A stretch of DNA of 46,274 bases from Candidatus Saccharimonadota bacterium. Its GTDB lineage: Bacteria > Patescibacteriota > Saccharimonadia > Saccharimonadales > UBA10212. Location of the stretch: NCBI GenBank assembly GCA_016234585.1, contig JACRBB010000031.1:1-46274 (forward strand), written 5' to 3'. Of the stretch, positions 27,794 through 35,591 are shown one piece after another. Positions within the stretch are counted from its first letter, which is position 1; every line of letters begins with the position of its first letter. The notes beneath the pieces were generated by a model, which saw only the letters and a program-made list of their open reading frames with translations, was not told the DNA's origin and searched no databases. The position numbers and the translations under genes were made by a program.

Positions 27794-27829
27794 GCTCCCG
27801 CCTCCGGCCGAAGCCGGAGGACGGGGAGC
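27794..27829 (-). terminator. GC-rich hairpin after the 399-aa gene (weak U-tract)
   Basis: CCTCCGGC (27801-27808), tetraloop CGAA, GCCGGAGG (27813-27820). The stem extends further with bulges. On the minus strand it is followed by TTAAACTTATAAT. Confidence 0.4.
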
Positions 27830-27856
27830 AGTTGTCATGAATGATGGTGTTGGCGC

Positions 27857-29056
27857 CTAGCGAAAGGGCGTGTGCCGGACCTGGAAGGCCGGGAACCAGA
27901 CCCGGATGCCGTTGCTGCGCAGCGTCGCCAGTGCGGTACCGGTGTACACGTCGGTGCCGTCGGCCTTGGGAATCGTGAAGCCCACCCAGGCGCAGTACAC
28001 GGCTGTGGCACTCCGAACAGTGCACTGCCTGACATCCAGGCCACGTGCACCGGAGTACTGCCGCCTGACGGCCTTCTTGATGGCCGTCTTGGCCTTGGCC
28101 ACCGTTAGCGTGCCGGCGTTGACCCTCACCAGGATCACCTGGTTGGGGTTGGCGTGGTACTCCTGGAGCAACGGGTCCACCGTCGTACCGTCATCTGGCG
28201 GCGCGTCGCCCAGGGGATCCGGAGCGGCCGAGCTGTCGTCGCGCGCCAGGATGTCCTTGACGCTCATGAAGAGCGTGAAGGGCCGAACGCCCCGGTCGGT
28301 CTGAACGGCATCGACGCTCACCCTCAGGTACGTGGCGTTAGCCGCCGGCGTGACCGGCGTGAGCGTGTAGCAGTGGTACGCGTCCAGCGTGACCGGCACG
28401 TAGCTGTAGGCCTTGGCCATGCCGGGGACCATCAGGTCGGGGTCCTCGGAGTCACTGTAGAGCACCGCTCCGTTGATCGAAACCGTCGCTGGCAGCGACG
28501 AGTCGAAGCAGAAGTTCGCGCCGATCCCACGATGGGGACCGAGCACGGTGTACGGCTGGAGCTGGATCTTGCCACCGAAGGCGGAAACGACACCATCTCC
28601 GTTGGCATCGTGCGCCACCGTCGACGAGCCGACACCAGCACCACCCGGAGTCGCGCCGGACGGCACCGTGGTGGAACCACAGCTGCCCGGCTTGACATCG
28701 GCCTTGACCCAGGGGAACTTCGCGTGGCGGTAGACCATCTTGCCGACATACGTCGGCCCGTTGATCACCACCTTGAAGCTGCCCTTGAGGCTGCCGATCA
28801 GCGTGCCCTTAATGGGCAGCTGACGATGGATATAGTGGCCGGTGTAGACACCACGCTGCGTGAACAGCGGCGTGGAAGCCGGCAGGCAGAAGCTCTGCCC
28901 ACGGACTACGGCCGCCTGGGACTGCGAAGACGAACTGACCACGATGGGCTCAGCCGTCTTGAGAGCACCAGAAGGTGCCGACACACCGACCGCGAACGGT
29001 GCCGTGGCCAAGGCCATCGCACCGGCGGTCAGTACCAGCGTATTGCGGAGCCCCAT
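27857..29056 (-). CDS. Hypothetical secreted protein (GC-rich gene, actinobacterial-style signal peptide)
   Basis: 399 aa with signal MGLRNTLVLTAGAMALATAPFAVGVSA and 6 Cys. RBS GGAAGGGGG lies upstream. No recognised domain. The antisense shadow ORF 28154-29131 is consistent with high GC3. Confidence 0.65.
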   Translation of the reverse strand: MGLRNTLVLTAGAMALATAPFAVGVSAPSGALKTAEPIVVSSSSQSQAAVVRGQSFCLPASTPLFTQRGVYTGHYIHRQLPIKGTLIGSLKGSFKVVINGPTYVGKMVYRHAKFPWVKADVKPGSCGSTTVPSGATPGGAGVGSSTVAHDANGDGVVSAFGGKIQLQPYTVLGPHRGIGANFCFDSSLPATVSINGAVLYSDSEDPDLMVPGMAKAYSYVPVTLDAYHCYTLTPVTPAANATYLRVSVDAVQTDRGVRPFTLFMSVKDILARDDSSAAPDPLGDAPPDDGTTVDPLLQEYHANPNQVILVRVNAGTLTVAKAKTAIKKAVRRQYSGARGLDVRQCTVRSATAVYCAWVGFTIPKADGTDVYTGTALATLRSNGIRVWFPAFQVRHTPFR

Positions 29057-29295
29057 TGGGACCCCCTTCCATTGTTAGGAGGCAGAATACTAGTCATCCA
29101 TGACTTTTTAACGAACTCGTCCGAAAAGTAAGAGGCAGCTATAAGCCGCCCCTCATAAAACATCGGACATTAACTACTATAATACAATAATTAAGCTAAT
29201 AAGTCCACCAGCTCTTGATGCTATTGCCATATTATTATATAATTTTCTAATCGTCGATGAGTCACATCGGCACGTACTCCGGGAGGAGATCAAAA

Positions 29296-29412
29296 ATGAG
29301 CCCAAACTGGGTAAATATCCTGGGTTGGACGTTTGCGGAAGCCCTTCTGCTATTACTGGTCTTTATGGTGGCCGCCGGTAGAAATAACTGCTTTTTCATA
29401 AATTCAAATTAG
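29296..29412 (+). CDS. Candidate 38-aa membrane micropeptide (not in the ORF track)
   Basis: Strong SD GGGAGGAG (29281-29288) lies 7 nt upstream of the ATG. Translation is MSPNWVNILGWTFAEALLLLLVFMVAAGRNNCFFINSN*. Confidence 0.4.
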   Translation: MSPNWVNILGWTFAEALLLLLVFMVAAGRNNCFFINSN

Positions 29413-29440
29413 AGCTTAACAGATTAGAGAAGTTCCCTGT

Positions 29441-29477
29441 AAAGAAAAGAGCCTACGCCGTTATTGGCGAAGGCTCT
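29441..29477 (-). terminator. Rho-independent terminator after the 93-aa gene
   Basis: AGAGCCTaCGCC (29448-29459), loop GTTATT, GGCGaAGGCTCT (29466-29477), with one A-A mismatch. On the minus strand it is followed by TTTTCTTT. Confidence 0.55.
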
Positions 29478-29505
29478 GTTCCCTATATCCGCCTAGCGAG
29501 TGCTT

Positions 29506-29787
29506 CTAGGCCAACGAAGTCGTGCGGTCCGGCAATTTCTGCCTATCGAACTTCCTGTTGGCCTTGTCGACTTCGGCCTCAAGCTTGGTGCGGATAGTTG
29601 CGAGGGAAGCGACCTGCTGCGGGTCATCGGTCGCCTCGATACTGGCGACGATCCACCAATAGGCCTCGTTTACGACGACGTACCGGTGTTCGGTCATGTC
29701 GTTGCGGCTAAAGTACGCGCCGATGAGGCTGCCGACACATACCGTGCCGAGGGCAATTAGAAAAATCACAACCACGATCACGGTCAT
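29506..29787 (-). CDS. Hypothetical small membrane-anchored protein (GC-rich gene)
   Basis: 93 aa with N-terminal TM MTVIVVVIFLIALGTVCVGSLIGAYF, then a charged helical tail. AAGGAG lies 6 nt upstream of the ATG. Confidence 0.55.
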   Translation of the reverse strand: MTVIVVVIFLIALGTVCVGSLIGAYFSRNDMTEHRYVVVNEAYWWIVASIEATDDPQQVASLATIRTKLEAEVDKANRKFDRQKLPDRTTSLA

Positions 29788-29873
29788 GCCAAGTCTCCTT
29801 GCATACTAACTTGTAGGGAGCAAGCCGTCTAGGTAAACCTCAAAGATCACTCCGAGCTGTCTAGACTTAATTT

Positions 29874-29902
29874 ATTATATACTTTTTGGTTATTTTTGTC
29901 TA
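29874..29902 (-). promoter_or_regulatory. Putative sigma70-type promoter for the 93-aa gene
   Basis: The minus strand reads TAGACA, a 17-nt spacer, then TATAAT. Confidence 0.35.
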
Positions 29903-30086
29903 GATCTAACATTCGGGTTCGGACATCTGCCGAGCCCTGATTAGATGTTGTTTAAAAGAGGCGTCCTTGGGTGCGAGAGTTGTTTAACGAGTAAATATGC
30001 CACTGGCATATTTAGGAGGAGTTCTAGAGCAAGCCTGTTTTAAAGCAACAGCTACTCACGGTGAGGCTGCAGTCCGAGAGCTTTTG

Positions 30087-30112
30087 CATACTTTTGGCGG
30101 TCCAAAAGTATG
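30087..30112 (-). terminator. Perfect 11-bp hairpin directly abutting the tsf stop codon (no clear U-tract)
   Basis: CATACTTTTGG (30087-30097), a 4-nt loop, CCAAAAGTATG (30102-30112). Confidence 0.35.
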
Positions 30113-30712
30113 TTAGTTGACTTCACCAAGGGCAAAGCGGGAAAAACGGCGTACCACGATGTTTTCACCGAGTTTGGCCACGTGCTCTTTCACATATTCA
30201 CCAATGACTTGGTCTGGGTTTTTAATAAACGGCTGCTCCAGTAAGCACTTCTCGGCAAAGTGTTTCTTTACCATTCCGTCAACTATCTGAGCAATCATGT
30301 TATCGGGCTTGCCTTCTGATTTAGCCTTTTCGCTGAATTCAGCCTCGGCTGCTTTGCGGACATCGGCCGGAATGTCGTCGACACTCACAAACTCTGGAGC
30401 GGCAGCGGCAATGTGCATGGCAATATCTTTTACCAGCTCTTTAAATTCGTCCGTCTTAGCCACAAAATCAGTCTCACAGTTAACTTCTACAATTACACCG
30501 ATCCGGCCATCGTGTACATAACTGCCAACCAGCCCTGCCCTGGCCTCGCGCTCAGCGCGCTTATCGGCTTTGGTCAGCCCTTTTTTACGCATCGCGGCTA
30601 AGGCTTTATCAAAGTCCCCGCCGGCTTCTACCAAGGCTTGTTTGGCGTCGGTTATGCCCACGCCGGTAAGCCCGCGCAGACGCTTGATTTCCTCGATTGA
30701 TACTTCGCTCAT
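30113..30712 (-). CDS. tsf: Translation elongation factor Ts (short form)
   Basis: N-terminal UBA-like IKRLRGLTGVGITDAKQALVEAGGDFDKALAAMRKKG. 199 aa. Lies immediately downstream of rpsB. Confidence 0.95.
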   Translation of the reverse strand: MSEVSIEEIKRLRGLTGVGITDAKQALVEAGGDFDKALAAMRKKGLTKADKRAEREARAGLVGSYVHDGRIGVIVEVNCETDFVAKTDEFKELVKDIAMHIAAAAPEFVSVDDIPADVRKAAEAEFSEKAKSEGKPDNMIAQIVDGMVKKHFAEKCLLEQPFIKNPDQVIGEYVKEHVAKLGENIVVRRFSRFALGEVN

Positions 30713-30715
30713 TTT

Positions 30716-31513
30716 TTATCCTATTCCCTTCACAGCTTCAACCGGGGGCTCGACCGGAGTTGCGGGGGTTTTAGTTTCGGCTGCTTTATCTTTATCTGCG
30801 GGCTTGGCCGACGCCGACTTTGCGGCTCTAGCCTTACCTGCCAAAATGGCCTTTTCTACGTAGCTTAAAATCAGACTGATGGTTTTGGTGGCGTCGTCGT
30901 TACAAGGAATCGGGTAATCGGCTAGGGTGGGATCAACATTGGTGTCAATTAGCGCTACCACTGGGATGCCAAGTTTTTTGGCTTCGCGTACAGCGTTTAT
31001 ATCCTCTAGTACGTCAATCACTAAAACCGCGCCGGGTTTGGCAGCCATCTCTTTGATACCACCATACATCTGGTTCATGGCTTCAATTTCTTCTTCGTAA
31101 CGCTGGACTTCCAACTTATTGTATTTAGCGGCCAGTTCGCCGGAAGCCATCCGGTTTTCTAAGTCTTTCAGGTATTTGATGCGCCCACCAATGGTGTTTT
31201 GGTTGGTCAACATACCGCCCAGCCATCGCTCGGAAACGTAAGGCATACTTGTTGTTTCAGCCGTAGACTTTATGATGTCTTTGGCCTGGCGCTTGGTGCT
31301 TACCAGCAACACCTGCTTGCCAGCGGCGGCTGTGTCGGTCAAAAAAGCCAAAGCCTTTTGCAGGCCTTCAACCGTCTTGGTTAAATCTATGATGTGGTTT
31401 CCATCGCGTTTGCTATGGATATTGGGGGCCATTTTTGGGTGCCAGCGGCTAGCTTTGTGCCCAAAGTGCGCGCCGGATTCCAACAGTTGTTTGATGTCTA
31501 CATCTGTAGCCAT
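30716..31513 (-). CDS. rpsB: 30S ribosomal protein S2
   Basis: LLESGAHFGHKASRWHPKM…ERWLGGMLTN. C-terminal Ala/Lys/Pro-rich extension. Confidence 0.96.
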   Translation of the reverse strand: MATDVDIKQLLESGAHFGHKASRWHPKMAPNIHSKRDGNHIIDLTKTVEGLQKALAFLTDTAAAGKQVLLVSTKRQAKDIIKSTAETTSMPYVSERWLGGMLTNQNTIGGRIKYLKDLENRMASGELAAKYNKLEVQRYEEEIEAMNQMYGGIKEMAAKPGAVLVIDVLEDINAVREAKKLGIPVVALIDTNVDPTLADYPIPCNDDATKTISLILSYVEKAILAGKARAAKSASAKPADKDKAAETKTPATPVEPPVEAVKGIG

Positions 31514-31685
31514 TGATTACTAATCCTTCCTCTTCGTTTGGGCTTACCCGCGGAGCTCTGCACGAACTACCGCTGGGAGGATTCACACCCAAACTGCTTA
31601 ATTAATTGTACCTACACAATACCCCTGTTTCTATATTTTTGCAACAGATACAATTATTGATATAAATAATGTTTTATTATAAAAT

Positions 31686-32066
31686 ATGTATTATATGTCC
31701 TCTCGAAGAATGCCCGGTATAGAATTAACTCCCGAATTAGCTCAACGTACAGCCGAGTTATTTGTTAATACCCCAGATGGAGAAGTTATTGAGCAACCAT
31801 TTGGCGGAGGGTCACCCATTGTCTATCCCTACCTCATACAAGAAGCCGCGTTCGACATAATCAGAAACCTGGGAGCTACTGAAGTCGATGGCACCATTCA
31901 AGAGGACAGGTTAGCTTTATCGGTATCTGTAAATGGCCTAGCGACAATGGCCAGACAGTACGCACCCAACTGGCGCGAAATTAACGCCAAACGAGCGCAA
32001 GCTGCCCGTAAGCGTAAAAGCCTGCTAACCGACCAGTTTTATGAGCAGTTGACCCCAGAGGGGTAA
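31686..32066 (+). CDS. Hypothetical protein
   Basis: 126-aa ORF in an otherwise empty gap, divergent from rpsB. No recognised motif. The start is uncertain (ATG at 31686 or 31695). Confidence 0.45.
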   Translation: MYYMSSRRMPGIELTPELAQRTAELFVNTPDGEVIEQPFGGGSPIVYPYLIQEAAFDIIRNLGATEVDGTIQEDRLALSVSVNGLATMARQYAPNWREINAKRAQAARKRKSLLTDQFYEQLTPEG

Positions 32067-32089
32067 AGGGGTTATAATAACTTGAACTT

Positions 32090-32443
32090 ATGAAGAAGAA
32101 TATACATCCCCAAAACTACCGTCCGGTTGTCTTTCAGGACCTGAACGACAACACTACTTTTGTTACCCGCTCAACGGTTGACACCGAAGAAAAGGTAACC
32201 GTTGACGGTGTTGAATACCCGTTGGTAAAAGTCCACATTTCCAGCTCCAGCCATCCTTTCTTTACCGGCGAGGAGCGCATTGTTGATGTTGAAGGCCGCG
32301 TAGATAAATTCAAAGCCCGCCGAGAAGCCGCCAAAAAAGCTCAAGACGCCCGTGTTGCCGCTAAACCCAAAGTTAGAAAAAGCGAAACCAAGTCCGGCGC
32401 CCAGAAACTTGGTACGCCTCAAGTCAAAACTGCTAAAAAATAA
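32090..32443 (+). CDS. rpmE: 50S ribosomal protein L31, type B (no CxxC), with Lys-rich C-terminal extension
   Basis: MKKNIHPQNYRPVVFQD…SSSHPFFTG…VDKFKAR. The zinc-binding Cys pairs are absent. Confidence 0.9.
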   Translation: MKKNIHPQNYRPVVFQDLNDNTTFVTRSTVDTEEKVTVDGVEYPLVKVHISSSSHPFFTGEERIVDVEGRVDKFKARREAAKKAQDARVAAKPKVRKSETKSGAQKLGTPQVKTAKK

Positions 32444-32449
32444 ATTCCG

Positions 32450-33355
32450 CTATTTGACCTTTTCGAAAACCATGCGTTGATGAGTCATGATTTCTCTTTC
32501 AAAGCACAGTCGGTTGCAGCCATACCGTAGTGATGTTATCTGGTACCTAAAGTCTTTGTCGCGTGCATAACGTGGCGCCAGCTTTACCATAAATATAAAT
32601 TTTCTAAGACTCGGCTTTTTCCAGGCGCGGCCCCATTCTTTCATGGTCTGGATGTAATCTAAGCGACCATTATTCTCGGATACCAGCTTAAAATACGGTT
32701 TTGCGCACTTTTCAATTTGACCTATGTTTGAAGGAAGCCAACTGCCTGGGTAAAACTTCTCGATATGGCCTAAAATCCATGAATCAGACAGTTTTTTAGC
32801 ATTAACATCTATGTCATTTACATTCGGGACCGATTTACCCCAAAGCATAGTCTGTAAATATAATTTTCCGCCCTTATCCAAAGAGTCTGAGCATAACTTG
32901 AAAAAATCCCTATAAATCTCTTCTTGTTTGCCAGCTTTATATTCATCGATACTACAAAAATGCTCAAAGGCACCAACACTTACTACCCCATCCACCTTGC
33001 CCACATCTTTTGGATCTACGTCTTTCCAGTCTTTGACCAACACGTTCAGACCATCGGCTTTACAGGCCCTGGCCTGCGCCGGTGAAAGTGTAAAACCGAT
33101 ACCTTTGCCGCCATGTTTCGCCGCTTCGTATAAAACCGGTCCCCAGCCGCAGCCTATATCCATAATCTTGCTTCCGGGTTTTAGCTTAATGCTATCCAGG
33201 ATAAAATCATGTTTTTTCTGTTGCGCCTGGTCCAGTGTTAGCGAAAAGTCCCCATTATACATAGCGCCAGTAATGTCAGCATGGTCCCCCAGACTGACTC
33301 GAAAAATATCATCCATATAGTCATAGGTTCGTTCTATTTCATTTTGCGTCGCCAT
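32450..33355 (-). CDS. SAM-dependent methyltransferase, cyclopropane-fatty-acyl-phospholipid synthase-like
   Basis: Motif I IMDIGCGWGPVLYEAAKHGG. Length and layout fit the CMAS family. Confidence 0.7.
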   Translation of the reverse strand: MATQNEIERTYDYMDDIFRVSLGDHADITGAMYNGDFSLTLDQAQQKKHDFILDSIKLKPGSKIMDIGCGWGPVLYEAAKHGGKGIGFTLSPAQARACKADGLNVLVKDWKDVDPKDVGKVDGVVSVGAFEHFCSIDEYKAGKQEEIYRDFFKLCSDSLDKGGKLYLQTMLWGKSVPNVNDIDVNAKKLSDSWILGHIEKFYPGSWLPSNIGQIEKCAKPYFKLVSENNGRLDYIQTMKEWGRAWKKPSLRKFIFMVKLAPRYARDKDFRYQITSLRYGCNRLCFEREIMTHQRMVFEKVK

Positions 33356-33436
33356 TCACAGCATTATGTCACATAGCCAATAAATAGCGCGACCTGGGCA
33401 TTTAGAGCAGTTTTTTATACACTAGTAAGGAGAGAT

Positions 33437-34495
33437 ATGAATAATCAAGAGCAAAATTTACGCGCCGAGTACCAACAGCTGCAGTCCGAGTTGCAGCACC
33501 CTGATGTATTTGGCCGCAGTAACTATCCGGCTATGGCCAAGCGCCAAGGCGAGCTGGCTAAAATTATCAGTCTGTTTGACGAGAAAAACCGACTCAATAC
33601 TCAGTTAGCCGAGACCAAGAAAATGGCCGATGGCGGTGACGCCGAGTTGGCCGAACTTGCTAAAACGGAAGTCGCGCAACTGGAACAAAACATTGCCGGG
33701 ACCGAGGCCGCCCTAAATGAGGCCCTAATCCCCAAAGATCCTAACGATGAGCGAAACGCCGTGGTAGAAATCCGGGCAGCAGCCGGCGGCGACGAATCCA
33801 GCCTGTTTGCCGGCGAACTTTACCGCATGTATTCACGTTGGTGCGAGAAACATGGCTTAAAAACCGAGTTGATTAACGAAAACCCATCTGAAGCCGGCGG
33901 CTTTAAAGAAATAGTCTTTATGGTTCGTGGAAACGAGGCTTATCGGCTGCTTAAATTCGAGGCCGGAGTGCACCGAGTGCAACGCGTACCGGCCACCGAA
34001 AGCCAAGGCCGCATCCACACCAGCACCGTAACTGTGGCGGTACTGCCAGAGGCCGAGGAAACAGATGTCCAAATTAACCCCGATGAACTGAGGATTGACG
34101 TGTTTAGAAGCGGCGGCAACGGCGGCCAGAGTGTAAACACCACCGACTCCGCTGTCCGTATCACTCACCTGCCAACCGGTGTAGTAGTGACCTGCCAGGA
34201 CGAAAAAAGCCAGATAAAAAATAAAGATAAAGCCATGGGCGTGCTCCGCTCGCGCCTGCTGCAAATGAAAATAGACGAAGAACAAAAGCAGTTAACCGAC
34301 GCCCGAAAGGCCCTGATTGGCAGCGGTGACCGCAGTGAGAAAATCCGCACCTACAACTATCCCCAGGACCGCATAACCGACCACCGCATCAACTATTCCC
34401 GGAGCAACCTGCCCGGCGCCCTGGACGGCGACATCGACGACATCATAGATAAACTCCACGACTACGAACATCAACTTATTGAAAATGAAGGTTGA
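33437..34495 (+). CDS. prfA: Peptide chain release factor 1
   Basis: PxT tripeptide ([13 protein letters not shown]) and GGQ ([11 protein letters not shown]). Confidence 0.96.
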   Translation: MNNQEQNLRAEYQQLQSELQHPDVFGRSNYPAMAKRQGELAKIISLFDEKNRLNTQLAETKKMADGGDAELAELAKTEVAQLEQNIAGTEAALNEALIPKDPNDERNAVVEIRAAAGGDESSLFAGELYRMYSRWCEKHGLKTELINENPSEAGGFKEIVFMVRGNEAYRLLKFEAGVHRVQRVPATESQGRIHTSTVTVAVLPEAEETDVQINPDELRIDVFRSGGNGGQSVNTTDSAVRITHLPTGVVVTCQDEKSQIKNKDKAMGVLRSRLLQMKIDEEQKQLTDARKALIGSGDRSEKIRTYNYPQDRITDHRINYSRSNLPGALDGDIDDIIDKLHDYEHQLIENEG

Positions 34496-35300
34496 TGAGT
34501 GGCTCAAACGAGCAACAAAAACGTTAAAAAATAACGGCATCGGGACAGCGCGGTTAGACGCACTTGTTTTATTGGAAGACACGATGCGCCATGACCGTGG
34601 TTGGTTGTTAGCCCATCCGGAATTTGAGTTAAATAGTTCGCAACTTAAAAAACTGGACCATCAAATTAAAAGCCGAGCCAAGCACGAGCCGCTGGCTTAC
34701 ATCCGCGGCAAGACTGAGTTTTACGGCCGGGAGTTCAAGGTAAACAAAGATGTTTTAGAGCCCCGCCCCGAGTCCGAAACCATGATTGAGCTGCTTAAAA
34801 AGCTGCCCTTGCCCAAAAAGTTGTTGATTGCCGATATCGGTACCGGTTCTGGCGCATTAGCGATTATGGCCAAGCTCGAGATGCCTGACAGCGGAGTTTT
34901 AGCCACGGATATCGACCTAAAATGTTTAGCGATAGCTAAACACAACGCCCAAAAACTTGGGGCGGATGTTAAGTTTTTTAAAGGTAACTTACTTGAGCCT
35001 GTCTACTCCCTACTCGCCACTCCCTACGTCCTACTATGCAACTTGCCATACGTTCCCGACAATTACCAGCTAAACTCCGCCGCCATGAATGAGCCTAAAA
35101 TCGCCATCTTTGGCGGCCCCGACGGTCTGGACCTATATCGCCGTCTTTTCGAGCAAATAGATTCTATGCCAGCCAAACCAAAATATATTCTTACCGAGAG
35201 CTTGCCACCCCAACATAAAAAACTGGCCAAAGTCGCCAAAAAACACGACTACAAACTTGCACAAACCACCGACTTCATCCAAGTCTTCAAAAATACTTAA
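34479..35300 (+). CDS. prmC: Release factor glutamine methyltransferase PrmC/HemK
   Basis: Overlaps the prfA stop by 17 nt. Contains SAM motif [13 protein letters not shown] and NPPY-type NLPYV. Confidence 0.88.
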   Translation: MKMKVDEWLKRATKTLKNNGIGTARLDALVLLEDTMRHDRGWLLAHPEFELNSSQLKKLDHQIKSRAKHEPLAYIRGKTEFYGREFKVNKDVLEPRPESETMIELLKKLPLPKKLLIADIGTGSGALAIMAKLEMPDSGVLATDIDLKCLAIAKHNAQKLGADVKFFKGNLLEPVYSLLATPYVLLCNLPYVPDNYQLNSAAMNEPKIAIFGGPDGLDLYRRLFEQIDSMPAKPKYILTESLPPQHKKLAKVAKKHDYKLAQTTDFIQVFKNT

Positions 35301-35317
35301 CTAATCAAGTAACTGTC

Positions 35318-35551
35318 CTATGGGTTGCGTCTGGCGCGCTCAGCTTTTGTCGCTGCTGCGAATCCAGCCCCGCTAGGTCTGACGATAATCTCCCCAGGGT
35401 CTTCCACGCCCCGTGCTGGTTCTGATTGAGTCGGTTCGGTAAAGCGCATGTCCTGAGCAGTAGGATTAGTGTAAATTACCGCACCAAGCTCATCTTGAGA
35501 CCCAGTTTGCCTGTCCGGTATTAACTTAGAATATAAATCTTTCTCTATCAT
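35318..35551 (-). CDS. Hypothetical small protein
   Basis: 77-aa ORF 40 nt downstream of htrA on the same strand. No motif recognised. Confidence 0.35.
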   Translation of the reverse strand: MIEKDLYSKLIPDRQTGSQDELGAVIYTNPTAQDMRFTEPTQSEPARGVEDPGEIIVRPSGAGFAAATKAERARRNP

Positions 35552-35591
35552 ATCTGTAAAAGTATACCTTACCTATAAAGAGTCAGCGAAC

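Noticed and set aside
20610-29787. Possibility that the GC-rich segments are a metagenomic assembly chimera rather than real insertions.
   Set aside because: Composition switches at least six times, and it switches at gene boundaries. Backbone genes (frr) and backbone-like AT-rich promoters and terminators are interleaved with the GC-rich genes. A chimera would normally give one or two abrupt breakpoints. I have not fully excluded it, and read-level support across the junctions is still needed.
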